Of a stretch of DNA of 8,965 bases, positions 1 through 6,416 are shown in pieces. Position 1 is the first letter of the stretch. Each line of letters opens with the position of its first letter. Where the stretch lies: the sequence record OY723367.1. One strand, given 5' to 3'. Under the pieces are notes generated by a model that saw only the letters and a program-made list of their open reading frames with translations, was not told the origin of the DNA and ran no database searches. The position numbers were made by a program, and so were the translations under genes.

Positions 1-230
1 GTACATGGGGAGTACGGGTACCATACCACCATTGCAGAGGTGTATGGAGTACTATATGGTATATAGGGAGTATCCAGTAGTCACCAGATATCATGATATT
101 GCATGCATTTGATGACATGAAAACACATGATTTGATGACATGAAGTACTCATTATGAGTAGGTACACACATCTAATACCACTAGTACAACAGCATACACA
201 CCATTAGTACCATGTATCCTATGATATACA
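1..230 (+). repeat. A-family satellite monomer, full length (230 bp, used as reference)
   Basis: The first 55 nt recur exactly at 231-285, giving a 230-bp period. Contains GGTACC (17-22), TGCATGCA (100-107) and two 'TTTGATGACATGAA' boxes 23 bp apart (108-121, 131-144). Confidence 0.85.
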
Positions 231-430
231 GTACATGGGGAGTACGGGTACCATACCACCATTGCAGAGGTGTATGGAGTACTATGAGTATCTAGAGAGT
301 ACTAGTAGTATCATGTATTGATACATCTAATGACATGAAACACATGGTTTGATGTATCTAATGATGTACTTAATGGATAGGTATACACATCGTATTAGTG
401 CATAGTATCTCTACATGGTCTATACACTGC
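231..430 (+). repeat. A-family monomer, degenerate
   Basis: 231-285 is identical to 1-55. The rest is a diverged A body ('actatgagtatctagagagtac' resembles the 1615-1640 variant; box variant 'aaacacatggtttgatg' at 338-354). The 3' boundary is fuzzy. Confidence 0.55.
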
Positions 431-1062
431 CATACAGGGAGTGAGGGACCAGGAGGGAGACTATGCACTAGTAGACGATAACGTGACCTTTAACATTACC
501 CTAGTAGTGCATATGCTCTAGTAGGAGTGATCTACTACTAGTACCAAGGACCAGCACACCTCTACTACTATGTATACGGAGAGGATACGTGCACATGCTA
601 GTACAGCATATCTGCTGAGCTGTTGGTGTGCAATACCTATCTCCAGTAAGGAGTAGATACCTAATAGTATTAGCATCAAGAGTACAGTGTATGTGCTACT
701 GACACTCATGCAGTACTAGTAAGAGTATCATCACTCCCTATACAGTAGTAGGTGCTCTGTAACAGATACCATACACTGTATGTATGCATCTACTCATCAT
801 ACCATGCAATGTATACAATGGTGGTATGGAATACATGATACAATGGTGGTATGGAATGATGTAGTAGTATGAGTAGTACTATGAACAGATACACTACTAT
901 CTGCATGCACAGAATAGGTCATCCTCAGGGATAGCACCTTAACCCTGTACCATACCATACAGTGGTACTATGGTGGTATGGCATGCATGTACTAGTAGTA
1001 TGTAGTAGTATGTACTCATCATACCATCAGATCATGAGATCATAGCATCAGATCATGTCATC
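431..1062. other. Segment single-copy within this window (U), with satellite-like composition and inverted A-head fragments
   Basis: I could find no counterpart in copy 2. Contains 'caatggtggtatggaat' twice (816-832, 841-857) and 'atggtggtatgg' (970-981); these are reverse complements of A-head 'ccataccaccat(tg)' (21-34). Confidence 0.6.
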
Positions 1063-1080
1063 AAAACACATGATTTGATG

Positions 1081-1297
1081 TACTCAATTACATGATTATG
1101 GTGGTATCCAGGACATCACCAGATCTCTTAGAGACCATGGGGATCACTACATATGCTCTAAGGAGTACACATGCTCTGCATGGTACCTATATCATAGGGT
1201 AGGGGTATCCCTCATGATACCTATGGAGACCATATCCTCTAGATACATGGTATGTGTACAGAGGATGGTGACATGGTATGAGGTCCCCAAAAGGGTC
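1081..1297 (+). repeat. X-family element, copy X1 (~217 bp)
   Basis: 'tactca(g)attacatgattatggtg.tatccag.acatcaccagat...catagggtagggg...ggtatgagg.ccccaaa.gggtc'. About 6 differences from X3 (4913-5130) and about 95% identical to X2/X4. Confidence 0.8.
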
Positions 1298-1513
1298 CAA
1301 ATACATGATTTGGGGTGTCTAAAATGACCACTTTTGGCACCTTTCTGGAGGTCCCAAAACGGGTGATTCAATCCCCCAAAAGGGGTCCGCAAATCAAGCC
1401 CAGAAATGGTCATAAAAAGGGCTCGTGGGGGTACCCCCATGAGCACTTTTAGGACCCTAAAATGGGTGTTTTGGACCCCTAAAATGGTGTATTTAGACCC
1501 TTTCGGAGGGGTA
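1298..1513 (+). repeat. W block: degenerate 21-24-bp 'TTTTGG(R)CCC(C)TAAAATG' minisatellite-like units
   Basis: Clearest units: 'ttttaggaccctaaaatgggtg' 1447-1468, 'ttttggacccctaaaatggtgta' 1469-1491, 'tttagaccctttcggaggggta' 1492-1513. Upstream units are more degenerate. Confidence 0.7.
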
Positions 1514-1569
1514 CAGGCAACGAGTACTACTAGATACATACCAGCAGACCATGTATCCTATGGTATATA

Positions 1570-1736
1570 GGACATGGGGGCTACGGGTACCATTACACCA
1601 TTACGGGAGTATATGGAGTACTATGGGTATCTAGAGGAGTCCCTGTAACACCAGATATCATGGTATTGGCATGCATTTGATGACATGAAAACACATGATT
1701 TGATGACATGAAATGAGTAGGTATACACATCTAATG
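1570..1736 (+). repeat. A-family monomer variant, truncated at its junction with Y1
   Basis: 'ggacatgggggctacgggtaccattacaccattacgggagtatatggagtactat...gcatgcatttgatgacatgaaaacacatgatttgatgacatgaa' matches the A head and box. It ends at 'atctaatg' where Y1 begins. Confidence 0.7.
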
Positions 1737-1862
1737 ACAGGATATGGCATACGGGATACCTGAGGAGACCACCTCCACAGGGAATACCCTCTCTGCACAT
1801 CCAGGCTACCGAGAGGCCTACGGGGAGTATCCCCATATCCTCTAAGAGCCATTATGGCCATT
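1737..1862 (+). repeat. Y-family element, copy Y1 (~126-130 bp)
   Basis: 'acaggatatggcatacgggatacctgaggaga.cacctccacagggaat...ggctaccgagaggcctacggggagtatccccatatcctct.agagccattatg'. Five copies in the window. Internal inverted arms at 1740-1759 and 1827-1840. Confidence 0.8.
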
Positions 1863-2038
1863 AGGGAGTATCCAGCACATCATTAGATACACGGAATATC
1901 ATGTAATTGCATAGATTTGATGACATGAAATCATGTGTTTTGATGACATGAAGTACTCATTATGAGTAGGTATACACATCTAATACCACTAGTACAACAC
2001 CATACACACCATTAGTACCATGTATCCTATGGTATACA
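1863..2038 (+). repeat. A-family monomer, 3' part (A positions ~64-230)
   Basis: 'agggagtatccagcacatcattagat...gatgacatgaagtactcattatgagtaggtatacacatctaataccactagtacaac...catgtatcctatggtataca' is collinear with 64-230. Confidence 0.75.
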
Positions 2039-2235
2039 GTACATGGGGAGTACGGGTACCATTACACCATGCAGAGGTGTATGGAGTACTATATGGTATA
2101 TAGGGAGTATCCAGTAATCACCAGATATCATGTAATGGTATGCATTTGATGACATGAAACACATGATCTGATGATATGAAGTACTCGATATGTACTCATT
2201 ATGGTACCCACTAACACTAGTACTACAGCATATCC
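2039..2235 (+). repeat. A-family monomer (197 bp, diverged tail)
   Basis: Head 'gtacatggggagtacgggtaccattacaccatgcagaggtgtatggagtactatatggtatatagggagtatccagtaatcaccagat' is close to 1-90. Box variant 'aaacacatgatctgatg' at 2157-2173. Confidence 0.7.
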
Positions 2236-2366
2236 GTACAAGGGGAATCATAAGGATCCGCCCTTGCAGGTATTTGGGTACTATGTGGTATGTAGAGGGT
2301 ATCCAGTAGACACCAGATATCATGATATTGCATGCATTTGATGACATGAAAACACATGATTTGATG
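2236..2366 (+). repeat. A-family monomer, diverged head, truncated at X2
   Basis: Starts 'gtacaaggggaatcataagg' (compare 'gtacatggggagtacggg') and continues '...agagggtatccagtagacaccagatatcatgatattgcatgcatttgatgacatgaaaacacatgatttgatg'. Confidence 0.6.
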
Positions 2367-2584
2367 TACTCAGATTACATGATTATGGTGATATCCAGTA
2401 CATCACCAGATCCCTTAGACACCATGGGGATCACTACATATGCTATAAGGAGTACACATGCTCTGCATGGTACCTATATCATAGGGTAGGGGATATGCCC
2501 ACGATACCTATGGAGACCACATCCTCTAGATACATGGTATGTGCACAGAGGATGGTGCCATGGTATGAGGACCCCAAATGGGTC
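2367..2584 (+). repeat. X-family element, copy X2 (218 bp)
   Basis: Collinear with X1/X3, about 10-12 differences per 218 bp. No differences from X4 (6199-6416, offset 3832) found by eye. Confidence 0.8.
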
Positions 2585-2644
2585 TAAAATGATGGATTTG
2601 GGGTCTGGAATCATGTCATGAGGGGTACCCCGCACACGGTATGC

Positions 2645-2774
2645 ACAGGATATGGCATACGGGATACCTGAGGAGATCACCTCCACAGGGAATGTCCCTC
2701 CGTGCATCCTGGGCTACCGAGAGGCCTACGGGGAGTATCCCCATATCCTCTGAGAGCCATTATGACCATTACGA
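2645..2774 (+). repeat. Y-family element, copy Y2
   Basis: About 90% identical to Y1. One difference from Y5 (7028-7157): 'gatcacctcc' vs 'gatcatctcc'. Confidence 0.8.
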
Positions 2775-2883
2775 GCATCCCGGAGAGCATATCTGAGGAC
2801 CTGAAATCCATGGTTTTGGGGTCTAAAATGATGATTTTAGAGGTCTCAAAATGATGGATTTGGGGTCTCAAATCATGAGATCC

Positions 2884-2910
2884 GGGGTCTGGGGATGCCA
2901 TGGGTATGGG
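2884..2910 (+). other. Canonical G-quadruplex motif (G4-N3-G4-N7-G3-N3-G3), with two further GGG runs up to 2926
   Basis: 'ggggtctggggatgccatgggtatggg' read directly. The motif fits G3+N1-7 repeated four times. Confidence 0.6.
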
Positions 2911-3163
2911 ATCCAGGGATGCAGGGATCCGGAGACCATGAGGGCATGCAGACCATATGCACTACATACCATGGTGTGTGTAGTAGGGATACAGACCACT
3001 ATGGATACCATCACCATTAGATACATACTCTGAGACCATATGCTGTGGGTATCGGATTAGGGGTCTGGGGATGTGCAGATCTGGAGACCATGAGCGGATC
3101 CGGAGACCATCAGATCATGAGATATGGGGTCCGGGGATGCTCGCGATGTATCTGAGGACCTGT

Positions 3164-3187
3164 GCAGATAGGTATGCAGATAGGTAT
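3164..3187. repeat. 12-bp tandem repeat (GCAGATAGGTAT) x2
   Basis: Units at 3164-3175 and 3176-3187. The matching site in copy 2 has 4 units. Confidence 0.85.
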
Positions 3188-3576
3188 AGGCATTAGGTAC
3201 TAAGGACTCGCAGAGAGGTACTGAGGACATGGCACAGAGGATACGGGCATACAGACCATGCAGATAGGTACTAAGGACTCGCAGACCATAGGTATTAGGT
3301 ATCTGAGGACACGGATACCATGATCTGAGGACCCAAGACCTCCAGAAATGGGGTATCTGAGGTATCCCGAGACCTCCCAAAATGGGTGTTTTGGACCCTA
3401 AATCACTCGTTTTGGGACCCTTTCTGGGTGCTCCCAGACCCCTCCCCAATGCCATCCCTAAGGTGCTCCTAAGGGATTCGGGCCCGTACCCCTCAGATAG
3501 GGTATCCCAGAGGGTGTCGGATTGGGGGTCTGGAGGTCCTCGGAACCCCTAAATTGTGTGCCCTTAGTGTATAGTA

Positions 3577-3595
3577 ACACACGCGCGCGCGCGCG
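3577..3595. repeat. (AC)3(GC)n alternating purine-pyrimidine tract containing (CG)7
   Basis: 'acacacgcgcgcgcgcgcg' is 19 nt of perfect purine/pyrimidine alternation. (CG)7 lies at 3582-3595. Confidence 0.9.
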
Positions 3596-4270
3596 AAGGG
3601 CGGATCCGAGTCAGGCAGAAAACGAATGCATCATTTTGGACCCTTTGGGGCATTTCGGGGGTCCTAATGTGCACATTTGCGACCCCAAAAGGCCCAAAAG
3701 TGCCTAAAATGGGTCATTTTATGCCCTTTTCGGATGCACACAATGGGAATGCCATCGCCGGAGACCATATTCCTTACAGTGACCTTAGGAATATGAGTAC
3801 GCGAAATCGGGGCAATTATGCCATTTACGGGTACCCCTAAAATGAGCACTTTTGGACCCCTTTTGGCACCCCTTGGATCCCTCAGTGTACTGGTGGCATG
3901 TGCATATCCCCTAATGCCTCTTTATCGAGGGAATGGGGATACCTGCATACCATACAGTATATGTGTTACTAGTGGGTATCGGCACACCTCCCAAAACATG
4001 TCATTTCGTGACATGATCTAGTCGAGATGAGCGAATCCACTACTATTGCATATCATGGTGTAATGAGCTATACAGAGTACTATAGGTATTGGGGGTATCC
4101 CTAATGGCAGCATATGCCCCATTAGAGGTATACACCATATCCCCTAGTATCCCTTACAGCACATACCATGAACAGGTACTCATTAGTAGTACAGAATGTG
4201 TATGTCATGACACCAAAACACATGTTTCGAGACATCTAAACACATGGTTTGCACGTATGATCATATACAG

Positions 4271-4435
4271 TATCTAGTGATACACAGGATACTAGTAGTA
4301 TGCACGGAGAGTATGAGGGGTACGGGATACCCCTATACCATAGCCTAACAGCATACACTACGAGTACTATGTATACCATGGATACCACATGTATACTACT
4401 ACGAGTAGGTACTCATGAGTAGTATCATCATGTAA
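4271..4435 (+). repeat. Z-family element, copy Z1 (165 bp)
   Basis: 'tatctagtgatacacaggatactagtagtatgcacggag.gtatgaggg...catgagtagtatcatcatgtaa' recurs at 4710-4874 and 8692-8856. Confidence 0.8.
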
Positions 4436-4544
4436 ATGCATGCATTTGATGACATGAAGTACTCATTATGAGTAGGTATACACATCTAATACCACTAGTA
4501 CAACAGCATACACACCATTAGTACCATGTATCCTATGGTATACA
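4436..4544 (+). repeat. A-family monomer, 3' part with only one 23-bp box subrepeat (109 bp)
   Basis: Collinear with A positions ~99-230 minus one 23-bp 'TTTGATGACATGAA' subrepeat. Ends with 'cctatggtataca'. Confidence 0.75.
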
Positions 4545-4709
4545 GTACATGGGGAGTACGGGTACCATTACACCATGCAGAGGTGTATGGAGTACTATAT
4601 GGTATATAGGGAGTATCCAGTAGTCACCAGATATCATGATATTGCATGCATTTGATGACATGAAACACATGATTCGATGTGCTCATTAGTAGTATGTATA
4701 CACATATAG
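4545..4709 (+). repeat. A-family monomer head, opening HOR copy 2
   Basis: Matches 1-~140 with a 1-nt indel. Box variant 'aaacacatgattcgatg' at 4663-4679. The tail diverges into Z2. Confidence 0.75.
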
Positions 4710-4874
4710 TATCTAGTGATACACAGGATACTAGTAGTATGCACGGAGGGTATGAGGGATGCAGGATACCCCTATACCATAGCCTAACAGCATACACTAC
4801 GAGTACTATGTATACCATGGATACCACATGTATACTACTACGAGTAGGTACTCATGAGTAGTATCATCATGTAA
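4710..4874 (+). repeat. Z-family element, copy Z2
   Basis: Lies 439 bp downstream of Z1 and is near-identical over 165 bp. Confidence 0.8.
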
Positions 4875-4912
4875 TTGCATGCATTTGATGACATGAAACA
4901 CATGATTTGATG

Positions 4913-5130
4913 TACTCAGATTACATGATTATGGTGATATCCAGGACATCACCAGATCCCTTAGAGACCATGGGGATCACTACATATGCTATAAGGAGTA
5001 CACATGCTCTGCATGGTACCTATATCATAGGGTAGGGGTATCCCTCATGATACCTATGGAGACCATATCCTCTAGATACATGGTATGTGCACAGAGGATG
5101 GTGCCATGGTATGAGGTCCCCAAAAGGGTC
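4913..5130 (+). repeat. X-family element, copy X3
   Basis: Positional counterpart of X1 with about 6 differences, including a 1-nt indel ('tactcaatta' vs 'tactcagatta'). Confidence 0.8.
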
Positions 5131-5345
5131 CAAATACATGATTTGGGGTGTCTAAAATGACCACTTTGGCACCTTTCTGGAGGTCCCAAAACGGGTGATT
5201 CAATCCCCCAAAAGGGGTCCGCAAATCAAGCCCAGAAATGGTCATAAAAAGGGCTCGTGGGGGTACCCCCATGAGCACTTTTAGGACCCTAAAATGGGTG
5301 TTTTGGACCCCTAAAATGGTGTATTTAGACCCTTTCGGAGGGGTA
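5131..5345 (+). repeat. W block, counterpart of 1298-1513
   Basis: Near-identical to 1298-1513 except for a T4 to T3 change (1332-1335 vs 5165-5167). That change shifts the frame of the overlapping track ORF. Confidence 0.7.
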
Positions 5346-5401
5346 CAGGCAACGAGTACTACTAGATACATACCAGCAGACCATGTATCCTATGGTATAT
5401 A

Positions 5402-5568
5402 GGACATGGGGGCTACGGGTACCATTACACCATTACGGGAGTATATGGAGTACTATGGGTATCTAGAGGAGTCCCTGTAACACCAGATATCATGGTATTG
5501 GCATGCATTTGATGACATGAAAACACATGATTTGATGACATGAAATGAGTAGGTATACACATCTAATG
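5402..5568 (+). repeat. A-family monomer variant, counterpart of 1570-1736
   Basis: Offset 3832. The overlapping track ORF peptides (1621-1836 vs 5453-5668) are identical. Confidence 0.7.
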
Positions 5569-5694
5569 ACAGGATATGGCATACGGGATACCTGAGGAGA
5601 CCACCTCCACAGGGAATACCCTCTCTGCACATCCAGGCTACCGAGAGGCCTACGGGGAGTATCCCCATACCTCTAAGGAGCCATTATGGCCATT
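5569..5694 (+). repeat. Y-family element, copy Y3
   Basis: Counterpart of Y1. It differs only around 'ccccatacctctaaggagcc' vs 'ccccatatcctctaagagcc'. Confidence 0.8.
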
Positions 5695-5870
5695 AGGGAG
5701 TATCCAGCACATCATTAGATACACGGAATATCATGTAATTGCATAGATTTGATGACATGAAATCATGTGTTTTGATGACATGAAGTACTCATTATGAGTA
5801 GGTATACACATCTAATACCACTAGTACAACACCATACACACCATTAGTACCATGTATCCTATGGTATACA
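5695..5870 (+). repeat. A-family monomer, 3' part, counterpart of 1863-2038
   Basis: Offset 3832. Ends with 'cctatggtataca' immediately before 'gtacatgggg' at 5871. Confidence 0.75.
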
Positions 5871-6067
5871 GTACATGGGGAGTACGGGTACCATTACACC
5901 ATGCAGAGGTGTATGGAGTACTATATGGTATATAGGGAGTATCCAGTAATCACCAGATATCATGTAATGGCATGCATTTGATGACATGAAACACATGATC
6001 TGATGATATGAAGTACTCGATATGTACTCATTATGGTACCCACTAACACTAGTACTACAGCATATCC
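5871..6067 (+). repeat. A-family monomer, counterpart of 2039-2235
   Basis: Offset 3832. Track ORFs 2027-2347 and 5859-6179 differ at 2 of 106 residues. Confidence 0.7.
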
Positions 6068-6198
6068 GTACAAGGGGAATCATAAGGATCCGCCCTTGCA
6101 GGTATTTGGGTACTATATGATATATAGAGGGTATCCAGTAGACACCAGATATCATGATATTGCATGCATTTGATGACATGAAAACACATGATTTGATG
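6068..6198 (+). repeat. A-family monomer with diverged head, counterpart of 2236-2366
   Basis: Offset 3832. Carries three clustered G-to-A differences from copy 1 (6117, 6120, 6124). Confidence 0.6.
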
Positions 6199-6416
6199 TA
6201 CTCAGATTACATGATTATGGTGATATCCAGTACATCACCAGATCCCTTAGACACCATGGGGATCACTACATATGCTATAAGGAGTACACATGCTCTGCAT
6301 GGTACCTATATCATAGGGTAGGGGATATGCCCACGATACCTATGGAGACCACATCCTCTAGATACATGGTATGTGCACAGAGGATGGTGCCATGGTATGA
6401 GGACCCCAAATGGGTC
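6199..6416 (+). repeat. X-family element, copy X4
   Basis: Counterpart of X2 at offset 3832. Homology with copy 1 stops after 'ccaaatgggtc' at 6416. Confidence 0.8.

Larger units (their letters stand above)
2585..3900 (+). repeat. GC-richer W domain of HOR copy 1 (W units, Y2 and short direct repeats)
   Basis: W units include 'ttttggggtctaaaatgatga' 2814-2834, 'ttttagaggtctcaaaatgatgga' 2835-2858 and 'tttggggtctcaaatcatgagatcc' 2859-2883, with more at ~3331-3445, ~3611-3735 and ~3815-3885. 'ggtactaaggactcgcaga' is repeated at 3196-3214 and 3267-3285. 'atctgaggac' recurs several times. Confidence 0.7.
1..4544. repeat. Higher-order repeat (HOR) unit, copy 1 (~4.5 kb composite satellite unit)
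   Basis: Aligns block-wise to copy 2: 1-~140 = 4545-~4683; 1063-2584 = 4895-6416 (offset 3832); 2645-4544 = 7028-8965 (offset 4383, rising to 4422 and then 4421 through small indels). Paired track ORFs give identical peptides (1621-1836 vs 5453-5668; 2677-2901 vs 7060-7284; 2851-3033 vs 7234-7416; 3522-3707 vs 7944-8129). Confidence 0.85.

Noticed and set aside
1285-1500. Telomere-like words: CCCCAAAA (1285-1292, 1374-1381), TTTTGGGG (for example 2814-2821) and CCCTAAA (1455-1461 and others)
   Set aside because: They always occur as single units embedded in the 21-24-bp W motif and never as tandem telomeric arrays, so this is not a telomere or an interstitial telomeric tract. A distant evolutionary relationship cannot be assessed from this window.
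2168-2174. A hammerhead-ribozyme-like core ('CTGATGA' at 2168-2174 and 6000-6006; 'TGATGAcatGAAA' in each box); some animal satellites encode hammerheads
   Set aside because: No helix II can form between GAUGA and GAAA (only 3 nt). No helices I or III and no cleavage-site context are present. Most copies have U instead of the essential C of CUGAUGA.
3057-3455. The longest ORF (132 aa, minus strand) as a real gene
   Set aside because: Its counterpart in copy 2 (7441-7758, 105 aa) has a different N-terminal region because of a C3/C4 indel, and its middle is expanded by the 12-mer repeat ('YLHT' run). The sequence is a repeat translation, not a conserved protein.
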